From positions 1 through 31,113 of IMG/VR virus record IMGVR_UViG_3300017776_000090: 31,113 nucleotides of DNA; one strand, 5' to 3'. Position numbers and translations under genes: made by a program. How positions within the stretch are numbered: position 1 is the first letter of the stretch; the number at the start of each line of letters is the position of its first letter. The stretch is from a virus. Under the pieces are notes generated by a model. That model ran no database searches. It was not told the DNA's origin and saw nothing but the letters and a program-made list of their open reading frames with translations. Below, in pieces: positions 22,714 to 30,704 of the stretch.

Positions 22714-25343
22714 TGACTATTACTGTATCTGTAACTAAAGATGTAACATCCTTATCAGTAACAGATTCGGTTACTCAGTTAAATATTGTCCCACAAACAA
22801 CTAGCATTGCCCTACAAAATATTGCAATAACTCAATCTAATAATGCCAGCGTTATTGGATATACTCCTAGTGGGCATCTTGAAGCTACAACAATACAAGC
22901 CGCATTAGATGAAATTGCCGCATCACCAGAGTTTACTGCCGCGCTAAATACCAAGTTACAAAATTTAAGCGCATCAGCAGATGAAACAAATACGGCTAAT
23001 GTGGTTAGCGCATTAAGTGCTGGTTCTAATATTTCCATTGCAGAAGATGGCACAATTGCCGCTAATGTATTAGGCGCAATATCGGGCGGTACAGGAATAG
23101 ATATTGATGCTGGTGGCGTAATAAGTGTCAGTGATATTGCCATTGCAACAGTTCAAACAGCCGCAGATGAAACAGCGCACTTAGCATTAACTACCCAGCA
23201 AGGTGATGTTGTTATTAGAACCGATGTTAATAAATCCTATATTCATAATGGTGGCACTGCTGGAACAATGGCTGATTTTACAGAATTGGCAACAAATACG
23301 AATGGCGTTATTTCTATAAATGGCGCAACTGGCGCAGTAACATTCGGTAAATCTAATTTAAATGATTATAGTGCTAATGAGTTTATAGATTGGACTATTT
23401 CACAGACAGAAAACATACACGCTGACAATTATACTAATACCACCTATTCGGCTGGCACAGGCATTCAAATAAGTGAATCAAATGAAATATCTGCAACTGG
23501 TGGTGGTTCGGGCGGTACAAGTTTTACTGCAAGTGGAAATATAAACTTAGATAACCAAAACAATCTTGACACGATTAGCAATCCATTATTTGATGAAGTT
23601 CGCTTTAGTAGCCTTGACGGCACTGCTGACTCTGGTGTTCTTATCAAGAGATTCCCTATAGAACTATACACATCGGGATTATACGGAGAAGGGCTAGGAA
23701 TATTTTTTAATAATAACGGCAATGAGCAGGTAGTAGGGGCAATACTTGAAACTGGATTCGCTGTTTTGGGTGAATTTGATACTAATACAGGCTTGAAAAT
23801 TGCAGGTTACAGATTTTTATTTGAAGCACAAGGATGGGATGAAAGAGGCGGCGTGTTAGCGACAGGTGGTCAACAGTATGTAGCACCGCAGGTATATAAT
23901 TTTGAAACTGACACAGCTACTTTTAATGCAGGTAGCGGTGATAATACAAGGCAAGACCACCGCAACCACAATCTATGGATACATCCTAACACTAGCGTTT
24001 TCATGCGTGATGAAGATGATGGTGGGAATATAAGTGGTGACTATAATCTAGTTAACAAAAAATACGTTGATGATAATCTTAATAACCTAAACGTGCCGAA
24101 CCTGCCTAATGTAAGCGGCACAACTTCAGAAGATAAACAATATTTGCTTGCAGGTAGTAATAGCTACTCAAGTTTAGGTTTTAATACTTTTTTAGGTGCA
24201 TCTGTTCACGTTTCTGGCGGAATGCACTTCGGACTTGTAGACCAAAATGTTAGCACTACTAAGTTTGGATTGCGTCTTGAGGCTGGTTCAGGCGTAACTT
24301 TAAACCGAACTAATGACTTTCATTGGACAATTAACGCTAATCCAGATGGATTGCCTGACCAAACTTCAGGAACAGATGGCTATGTTTTAACTAGTGTTAA
24401 TGAATCTGCCGCTTGGCAACCTGTAGGCAACGTAGTTTTTCCTACGCAAAGTGCCAACACTATCGGCTATGTTTTAACTAGCAATGGACTAACTGCACAA
24501 TGGCAACCTAACGACAGCTATCCATCACAAACTGACAACAGCGGCAAGTTTTTACAAACATTCAACGGCAGTGTTAGATGGGCAGAGGTAGATGCACTGC
24601 CAACACAATCTACCAATACAAGTAGTAATGATTACAGCGCAGGTAAGTTTCTTGCTAGTAACGGAGATAACGCATATTGGCACGTTCCTTCTAGCAGTGT
24701 TCCTGACCAAGATTCACATAACGGAAAGTTTCTAACAACTAATGGCTCACAATTAAGCTGGTCAACGATTAACACAGCAGGGACAACTGGCAATATTTCA
24801 TTTAGCACAAACACTATTTCGTCAAGCGATACGAGTATAAATATAGACGATGATTTGAATGTTCAGGGCGTATTAGATGCCGAAAGATTAGATGTTAGCG
24901 GAGCAGGTGCGCCTACTATAGAATCTATTGGTGCTTTTAACATTACCGCTCCTGATGGCGTTTATTGTAACCAGAAGCGCGTAGATGTTGATACGCCATT
25001 TGCTGTTCTTTATATTAGCTTTACAGCTAATATGGGGCAAATTACTAATTCAACTTTCATAGGCGAACGATATAACGGAAGTCCAACCGCACCTAATATG
25101 TTCATACAATCATCAGGGAATGGAAAGCAGATTGTTATTTCGTCTGTAGGCGCGAACGCGGCTAGTGATTATTTTGTTGAGGTTGCGCATAATTATGATA
25201 CGTTTATTACTAGAGACGATGAACCAGTTCGCATTGGCGTTCACAAATCAGGCTCTCAAGTTAATATTGTCTTAGCGCAGGGCGACAGCGTTTCTGCACC
25301 AGAGCAATCAGGTATGGTAAAGGTAAAATATTATGCTGTCTAG
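22713..25343 (+). CDS. Tail fibre protein (876 aa) with five tandem P-x-Q…G[KY][FV]L…W repeats
   Basis: The N-terminal …VIGYTPSGHLEATTIQAALDEIA motif is common in fibres. The protein is Gly/Asn/Thr-rich, with repeats at 24351-24773. Confidence 0.8.
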   Translation: MTITVSVTKDVTSLSVTDSVTQLNIVPQTTSIALQNIAITQSNNASVIGYTPSGHLEATTIQAALDEIAASPEFTAALNTKLQNLSASADETNTANVVSALSAGSNISIAEDGTIAANVLGAISGGTGIDIDAGGVISVSDIAIATVQTAADETAHLALTTQQGDVVIRTDVNKSYIHNGGTAGTMADFTELATNTNGVISINGATGAVTFGKSNLNDYSANEFIDWTISQTENIHADNYTNTTYSAGTGIQISESNEISATGGGSGGTSFTASGNINLDNQNNLDTISNPLFDEVRFSSLDGTADSGVLIKRFPIELYTSGLYGEGLGIFFNNNGNEQVVGAILETGFAVLGEFDTNTGLKIAGYRFLFEAQGWDERGGVLATGGQQYVAPQVYNFETDTATFNAGSGDNTRQDHRNHNLWIHPNTSVFMRDEDDGGNISGDYNLVNKKYVDDNLNNLNVPNLPNVSGTTSEDKQYLLAGSNSYSSLGFNTFLGASVHVSGGMHFGLVDQNVSTTKFGLRLEAGSGVTLNRTNDFHWTINANPDGLPDQTSGTDGYVLTSVNESAAWQPVGNVVFPTQSANTIGYVLTSNGLTAQWQPNDSYPSQTDNSGKFLQTFNGSVRWAEVDALPTQSTNTSSNDYSAGKFLASNGDNAYWHVPSSSVPDQDSHNGKFLTTNGSQLSWSTINTAGTTGNISFSTNTISSSDTSINIDDDLNVQGVLDAERLDVSGAGAPTIESIGAFNITAPDGVYCNQKRVDVDTPFAVLYISFTANMGQITNSTFIGERYNGSPTAPNMFIQSSGNGKQIVISSVGANAASDYFVEVAHNYDTFITRDDEPVRIGVHKSGSQVNIVLAQGDSVSAPEQSGMVKVKYYAV

Positions 25344-27366
25344 ATATATGGTTTTGTCGGCAGAAGGTATTAATGTCTCTGAAATAGATGCTTTAGTAGC
25401 AGGTAGCATAATCACAAATAGTATACCTGATAGGTCAGTAGAAGTTTTGCCAGAAAACGTGCTTTCTAAACGATGTTCAGTTTATAAATTAACTACAGAA
25501 GAAGCGGATGAACTGAAAAAAAGCAATTTAGTAAAATCTGTTGAATTACATATTGAAGATAACCCAAACGTACTGTCAGTACATACAGGCGTTAGCAGTG
25601 ATAATTACGATAGAAAAAGTTTTGATGCTAATAATCTTAGTTATGCTAATTATGGTTTGATTAGGCACACAAGTAGGGAATCATCATTATATGATTTAGA
25701 TGGCAGTATTAATTCACAGTTTAGTGACCAATATAAATATTCTAATTCTGGTGAAGGTGTAGATATATTTATTATGGATACTGGAGTTCAAGCTAACCAC
25801 CCTGACTTTTTAGATGAATACGGAAAAAGCAGAGTACAGCAAATAGATTGGACAAAATATATAGAACAAAACTATCCTAATTATTTTACATCCGAGAGGC
25901 GAGAGGCTTTAAAACCTGAAAACTATTATCAAGACAATGAAGGTTTTCATGGCACTCAATGCGCGAGTATAGCTGCAGGGAATCGCTATGGTTGGGCTAA
26001 AAAAGCACATATATATTCATTGAAAATAAATCTAGCAGGCTATAATTATCATCTGCCCTCACACTATCAGATGCTAGTGGCTATGAAAAGTTTTATTGAA
26101 GAAAGACAAGCTAACGGAATCAATAGACCTGCGATTTTAAGTAATAGCTGGGGGATTATAAGGCTATTTTCTAGCATGAGTAATGTTACTGGTGGATTTT
26201 ATGCTGATGAAAATACAACTGGCACACAATGGTCGAGAGGTAATTTAACAAATAGTCAGATACAAGCTACCTATAAAATACTACCGACTACATATCTAAC
26301 TGCCAACTACGAATCTATTAACCAAGATGTACAAGATTTGATAGATATAGGCGTACACATTGTAGCTAGTGCCGCTAATCATGGTGCTAGAATGTTGCCA
26401 AGAAATGACGCAGAATATAATAATATAATTAATTGGACTGATGACGAGGGAGAAAGTCAATCAGCACCATATAATCAAGTGTCAACACCTCACGCCGATG
26501 AAGCAATTATAGTAGGTGGACTGTCAGAAAATTTGCACAATAACAATGGAAACACACAAGAACAAATTGTTAATTATAGTGTTCGCGGAAAGCGCGTAGA
26601 TGTAATGGCAGCTAGTGACGGTTGCTTTGCGGCTGTTAGTGAATTGGCAACTAATAAACCTAACCAACGACAACACCCTGATAATTCATCACAGTTTATA
26701 GGCGAGTTTGGCGGCACAAGTTGCTCTTGCCCACAGACAGCAGGTGTAATGGCTCTGCACTTGTCTAATAAGCCGCACCTAAAACCTGATGCCCTAAGAG
26801 AATTAATAATAAATGAATCTACTAAAGACGTTATTCTTGGCACTGGCGGCTTTGCTGATGTAAATCCTTTTTTAGATACGCCTAACAGGATGCTTTATAG
26901 CAAGTTTAATCAAGATGTTAGTCTAACTACGGCAGGTGCATATAAGATTATTAATGCTAATATTAGCGGTGAATATAAATTTAAAACTAAGTTTAGGTCA
27001 GATAATGTTATATTTAAAACTAACGGAGTAGCACAAGATAACGATGGTTTTTTTGTATTAACAGATACTGACGCTTTATATGAAGGTTCTACTATACGTT
27101 ACATAGAAATATGGCAAGCGGCTCGCAGAACGCAGTTGAATTTGGTTTTTGATGCACACCCTGTTAAAATGAAAACACATAATTGGAATACTTTAGAAAT
27201 ACAGAACCATACTCTAAATGTGTTTGTAAAATTACATAGAACTGACGCTGTTTTTGATCCAATTAAACAATCTTTTTATTGGGATACAGATAAATATACT
27301 AGTTTTAATACAAGCCCAATTTTATCAAACAGTGGCATACCAGATAATTCAATAGGCATAAGATGA
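25333..27366 (+). CDS. Subtilisin-like serine protease (peptidase S8) with an I9-like propeptide and a C-terminal extra domain
   Basis: The catalytic triad motifs occur in S8 order: IMDTG (Asp at 25777-25779), HGTQCAS (His at 25948-25950), GGTSCSCPQTAG (Ser at 26719-26721), plus NSWG. The N-terminal VYKLTTEEADELKKSNLVKSVE resembles an I9 propeptide. There is no signal peptide. Confidence 0.85.
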   Translation: MLSRYMVLSAEGINVSEIDALVAGSIITNSIPDRSVEVLPENVLSKRCSVYKLTTEEADELKKSNLVKSVELHIEDNPNVLSVHTGVSSDNYDRKSFDANNLSYANYGLIRHTSRESSLYDLDGSINSQFSDQYKYSNSGEGVDIFIMDTGVQANHPDFLDEYGKSRVQQIDWTKYIEQNYPNYFTSERREALKPENYYQDNEGFHGTQCASIAAGNRYGWAKKAHIYSLKINLAGYNYHLPSHYQMLVAMKSFIEERQANGINRPAILSNSWGIIRLFSSMSNVTGGFYADENTTGTQWSRGNLTNSQIQATYKILPTTYLTANYESINQDVQDLIDIGVHIVASAANHGARMLPRNDAEYNNIINWTDDEGESQSAPYNQVSTPHADEAIIVGGLSENLHNNNGNTQEQIVNYSVRGKRVDVMAASDGCFAAVSELATNKPNQRQHPDNSSQFIGEFGGTSCSCPQTAGVMALHLSNKPHLKPDALRELIINESTKDVILGTGGFADVNPFLDTPNRMLYSKFNQDVSLTTAGAYKIINANISGEYKFKTKFRSDNVIFKTNGVAQDNDGFFVLTDTDALYEGSTIRYIEIWQAARRTQLNLVFDAHPVKMKTHNWNTLEIQNHTLNVFVKLHRTDAVFDPIKQSFYWDTDKYTSFNTSPILSNSGIPDNSIGIR

Positions 27367-27530
27367 TGGCACAGGAAACAAAACAAGCAATGGATTTAGT
27401 CGCGGCATCAACAGGTATTCTTTCATTAGCCGCTTGGCTACCACCCATTGCCGCAATATTCACTATTGTTTGGTATGGAATTAGGATTTGGGAAAGCGAC
27501 ACTGTAAAATCTATTCGTTGTAAAAAGTGA
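27363..27530 (+). CDS. Two-TM microprotein, holin/antiholin-like (55 aa)
   Basis: MMAQETKQAMDLVAASTGILSLAAWLPPIAAIFTIVWYGIRIWESDTVKSIRCKK has two hydrophobic segments and a basic tail. ATGA overlap with the S8 gene. It is below the track cutoff. Confidence 0.5.
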   Translation: MMAQETKQAMDLVAASTGILSLAAWLPPIAAIFTIVWYGIRIWESDTVKSIRCKK

Positions 27531-28141
27531 AAAAATTATTATTATTATTTTTATTTAGCAGTTTTGTTAATGCAAACCAGCAAGAAGGTTCGCTAAATAC
27601 ATATAATGGAGAAGGTGCAACCACCAATTCCAACAATACAACAGAAGATAATTCCACTAGCAATTCTTATTCAGGCGCAGGTGCGTCTAGTCAAATACCT
27701 GTTGGTTCTGCAATATCTCCGACTTATATGAGCAATGGCGTTGAAACTTGTTTAAAAGGTACAGGTTCGTCTTTCCAAACAGTGTTGCTAGGTTGGTCTA
27801 GGGGTAAGTATGTAGATTCAGAAGGATGCACTAGGCGAAGGGATGCGCTAGTTTTAAACCAATTAGGAATGGCTGTTGGCGCAATTAGCAGATTGTGCGA
27901 TTCAGTTAAAGTGTTCAGGGCTATGCTTAACAGTGGCACACCTTGTCCGATTTTATCAGGGGGAAAATTAGTGGTTGGTCGAAAAGCTATCATGGTTTTG
28001 AAGGCACAGCCAGAAACTTACATTCCAGATTACAGTGACGACAAAGAATATTATGACGCACTGTTACAAATTGGCGAGGTTGTAGAAAATGAAGAAGGCG
28101 ATATTGATATTGTTGCTAAGTTCCGCACTAGCAAGCAGTAA
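27527..28141 (+). CDS. Secreted protein (204 aa, Sec signal peptide, N/S/T-rich linker, 4-Cys domain)
   Basis: The GTG start overlaps the upstream TGA (GTGA). VKKLLLLFLFSSFVNA|NQQ is a signal-peptidase-I-type leader with no lipobox. Confidence 0.6.
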   Translation: MKKLLLLFLFSSFVNANQQEGSLNTYNGEGATTNSNNTTEDNSTSNSYSGAGASSQIPVGSAISPTYMSNGVETCLKGTGSSFQTVLLGWSRGKYVDSEGCTRRRDALVLNQLGMAVGAISRLCDSVKVFRAMLNSGTPCPILSGGKLVVGRKAIMVLKAQPETYIPDYSDDKEYYDALLQIGEVVENEEGDIDIVAKFRTSKQ

Positions 28142-28910
28142 CGAATTAGACTATTTGATAGAGTCAACATCTAGCATTGTTGACCAAATGAACAAAGGCG
28201 TTCAAATGGTTGGTGCAGGTCTTGAATACTCACATCAAGGCACAGGCTTATCTGATGGTACAATGCACCTAGAGGCGCAAATTACTAGCGCACAATTGTC
28301 TGCATACAACTCAGCCCTGATTAATATGTCAAACTACTTGCCTTATGGCGACACAAAACAGACGCTTTTAGATATGGCAGACGAGCATTTGCAAATTGTC
28401 GATGAAAGCGTAGATGTTTTTACTAGTGCCGTAGTACAAATGCAGACAGCGCATCAGGTGGTTGAAATGGCAGAGACAGCCGCCACCCCCAACGAAGAAG
28501 AACAGGTTAAAGACTTTGTAACAGCTAACGTAGAAAGCCTACAAATAACACAAGAGACTGTTGACGATTATAATAGCAGTCTGGAGTCGATTGAAGAAAA
28601 TGCTAACATTGCATCTAGCTTTATTGCAGTTGCTAACAACACTGAAGCTACTGAATTTTTGCGACAAGGTGCAGAAGACAATAGCACAACAGCAGAAATG
28701 TCTACTGTAGCTTATGACGCTAATCAGCAATGGGTTAAAATGACCTACAGCAACGGCAACGCAAACGCTGTTTTTCTTAATGGTCAAAGTTTTGGTTTGG
28801 ACTTATATCTAACTGGCGCAGAAATATTAGCCGCAGGTAGTGAATCTGAATATTATCAAACTAGCCCAATGCTTAATGGCTACAACTGCTACTTTAATCA
28901 GGATTGCTAA
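28089..28910 (+). CDS. Secreted protein (273 aa, Sec signal peptide)
   Basis: MKKAILILLLSSALA|SSNE leader. The start lies 53 nt inside the preceding gene. The product is acidic with C-terminal Cys residues. Confidence 0.65.
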   Translation: MKKAILILLLSSALASSNELDYLIESTSSIVDQMNKGVQMVGAGLEYSHQGTGLSDGTMHLEAQITSAQLSAYNSALINMSNYLPYGDTKQTLLDMADEHLQIVDESVDVFTSAVVQMQTAHQVVEMAETAATPNEEEQVKDFVTANVESLQITQETVDDYNSSLESIEENANIASSFIAVANNTEATEFLRQGAEDNSTTAEMSTVAYDANQQWVKMTYSNGNANAVFLNGQSFGLDLYLTGAEILAAGSESEYYQTSPMLNGYNCYFNQDC

Positions 28911-29386
28911 TGTCTTTAGAAGATACAGAAATAAAAATAGGCGGCACATCATTCAAGGGCATTTATGTGGCTATAGTATTGTCATTAGCAACAAGTCTTG
29001 GTGGGGTATTCTGGAGTGCTAGTAGCCTGTATAGTAGACTAGAAGCAGTCGAATCAATAACTATTCCAGACGTACAGCCTATGCAAGAAGAACTACAGTT
29101 AATAAAACAGCAGTTACAAGACAACGAAATTGGTGCTTTAAGCGCAAAATTAGCGACTTTAGGCACTAACCTTGCAACCATAATGGATCAGCAAGAAAAG
29201 CTGTTAGAACTCAAATCTGAGCTTTCTACGCTATCTAAAGAGATAGAGGCTATGAAAGGCACAGTTGCGGCGGCTGAAATTACAACCAGAGATAACGAAG
29301 ATATTGCAGATCGTATAACTGTACTTACAAAAGAGGCAGAAGATTTGTGGCAAGCAATCTCATATTTATCGAACCCCTATAGGTGA
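28910..29386 (+). CDS. N-terminally anchored coiled-coil membrane protein (i-spanin-like topology)
   Basis: ATG 28910 (TAATG overlap; the track start 28904 is TTG). TM segment IYVAIVLSLATSLGGVFW, followed by heptad-like E/L/Q-rich sequence. Confidence 0.6.
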   Translation: MSLEDTEIKIGGTSFKGIYVAIVLSLATSLGGVFWSASSLYSRLEAVESITIPDVQPMQEELQLIKQQLQDNEIGALSAKLATLGTNLATIMDQQEKLLELKSELSTLSKEIEAMKGTVAAAEITTRDNEDIADRITVLTKEAEDLWQAISYLSNPYR

Positions 29387-29389
29387 TTT

Positions 29390-29761
29390 ATGTGGCAATC
29401 ATTAATAAGCCCAATAGCTAACATAGCAGGTGGCTACTTAAAGAACAAAGCAGAAGAAAAGCAAGCCAAGCACAAAGCAAAAATGAGCATGATTAAAAAC
29501 GATGCTGAGTGGGAAAATAAGATGGTTGATGCCTCTGCAAACAGCCTTAAAGATGAATTTTGGACTGGCGTTTTGGCTATCCCAATTTTTATGATTGGTT
29601 ATGCTATAGTAGTTAATGATTTGACAGTTATTGATAGAGTTGAGCAGGGCTTTGCGGCATTAAGTCAACTGCCAGAATGGTATCAATACCTATTATTTAT
29701 TTGCATCAGTTCCAGTTTTGGAATTAAAGGTGCATCAAAACTTATGAATTTGAGGAAGTAA
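29390..29761 (+). CDS. Holin (3-TM type, resembling the GTA-release holin family as I recall it)
   Basis: AGGTGA RBS. It has an N-terminal amphipathic/basic region then hydrophobic segments (WTGVLAIPIFMIGYAIVV, YQYLLFICISSSFGI). It lies directly upstream of the endolysin. Confidence 0.55.
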   Translation: MWQSLISPIANIAGGYLKNKAEEKQAKHKAKMSMIKNDAEWENKMVDASANSLKDEFWTGVLAIPIFMIGYAIVVNDLTVIDRVEQGFAALSQLPEWYQYLLFICISSSFGIKGASKLMNLRK

Positions 29762-29762
29762 C

Positions 29763-30191
29763 ATGACAGACACTAAGCCAAAGGCAAAAGCCAAGCCAAA
29801 ACAAAGCGCAAAAAACTATTTTACTGAAAAAGAGTTAAAGTGTAAGCACACTGGCGAGTATTTTTTTGATGAAAAGTTTTTAGAAAAGTTAAACAAAATT
29901 AGAGAAGAATGCGGTTTCCCTTTTCCAGTATCATCTGCTTGTAGATCGCCCCTACATCCAATTGAACAGCGGAAACAATTTGTTGGGGTACATACAACTG
30001 GCAAGGCCGTTGATATTTTATGTAGAGGCGAAGATGCCTTAAAGCTAATTTCTGTAGCACAGAAGCATGGCATCACTAGAATTGGAGTACAGCAAAAAGG
30101 TACTGGTAGATTTATCCATATAGATGGTTGCACTAAAGAAGATTTTCCTGATGTAGAAAACTACCCAGAAGTGTCAATCTGGTCTTACTAG
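29763..30191 (+). CDS. Endolysin, peptidase M15 (zinc D-Ala-D-Ala / L-Ala-D-Glu peptidase type)
   Basis: The motifs VHTTGKAVDI (H..G.A.D) and RFIHID (H.D), together with EKELKCKHTG…LNKIREECGFPFPVSSACRSP, match Peptidase_M15_3. Confidence 0.8.
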   Translation: MTDTKPKAKAKPKQSAKNYFTEKELKCKHTGEYFFDEKFLEKLNKIREECGFPFPVSSACRSPLHPIEQRKQFVGVHTTGKAVDILCRGEDALKLISVAQKHGITRIGVQQKGTGRFIHIDGCTKEDFPDVENYPEVSIWSY

Positions 30192-30222
30192 CGGACATAA
30201 ACTACAACCTTTTGTCCGAAAC

Positions 30223-30246
30223 GCCCCTTAATTGGGGCTTTTTTTT
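30223..30246 (+). terminator. Rho-independent terminator gcccc-ttaatt-ggggc + T8
   Basis: 5-bp GC stem, 6-nt loop and eight consecutive T residues. It lies 32 nt after the endolysin stop. Confidence 0.8.
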
Positions 30247-30264
30247 GCCTAATAGTTAAATAAA

Positions 30265-30331
30265 TGTTTTACTTTCTCTAAATATGTGATATATTTGCTT
30301 TACATTAATCAAATTTACAGAGGAAATACAC
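30265..30331 (+). promoter_or_regulatory. Promoter-like/5'-leader element, copy B (TTTACT-N16-TGaTATATT, then TACATTAATCAAAT)
   Basis: TTTACT at 30268-30273, TG at 30287-30288, TATATT at 30290-30295, and the 14-mer at 30301-30314 identical to 4835-4848. Confidence 0.5.
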
Positions 30332-30475
30332 ATGACTTTAATCCAGCTACTAAAAAAACTTAACAGCGAAAATGTTAAGTACAACGCAGAAGCAACAATT
30401 AAGCATAATGCACAAGTAAACGCTTACATTGAAAAGCTAATAGAAGAAAAAATGCAAACTATTGATGCAATATAA
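30332..30475 (+). CDS. Small hypothetical protein (47 aa) MTLIQLLKKLNSENVKYNAEATIKHNAQVNAYIEKLIEEKMQTIDAI
   Basis: First ORF after element B. Translated by hand; below the track cutoff. Confidence 0.45.
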   Translation: MTLIQLLKKLNSENVKYNAEATIKHNAQVNAYIEKLIEEKMQTIDAI

Positions 30476-30483
30476 TTATAAAC

Positions 30484-30497
30484 CCCCCGAAAGGGGG
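30484..30497 (+). other. RNA hairpin ccccc-GAAA-ggggg, no U-tract
   Basis: Perfect 5-bp GC stem with a GNRA tetraloop, in the same context as 5035-5052. Confidence 0.5.
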
Positions 30498-30515
30498 CAA
30501 CCAAAGGAGACTATT

Positions 30516-30704
30516 ATGACAGACTTAAACAAACTAACTGACTACGAAGCTGGCGAATGGGACTGCGTACACGCTAGACCAGCTAGGGAATGTGAGTCAG
30601 CGCAATATTATGCAGGTTATGGGGATGCCTATGCTAGTGAGCAGAGTGCTACTTGGTATTCAGAACGTAAATTTTTAGAAATCATGGGAGAAGCAAATGA
30701 ATAG
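30516..30704 (+). CDS. Small acidic hypothetical protein (62 aa)
   Basis: ATG 30516 lies 6 nt after AAGGAG. The track start 30462 is TTG and would run through the hairpin. Confidence 0.55.
   Translation: MTDLNKLTDYEAGEWDCVHARPARECESAQYYAGYGDAYASEQSATWYSERKFLEIMGEANE

Noticed and set aside
28840-29022. 60-aa + strand ORF spanning the junction of the 273-aa secreted protein gene and the coiled-coil gene. I examined it as a possible embedded o-spanin.
   Set aside because: It has no signal peptide or lipobox (MNLNIIKLAQCLMATTATL…) and no RBS. A hand scan of 28910-29386 found no out-of-frame ATG with an open frame, so an embedded Rz1-like gene is not supported.
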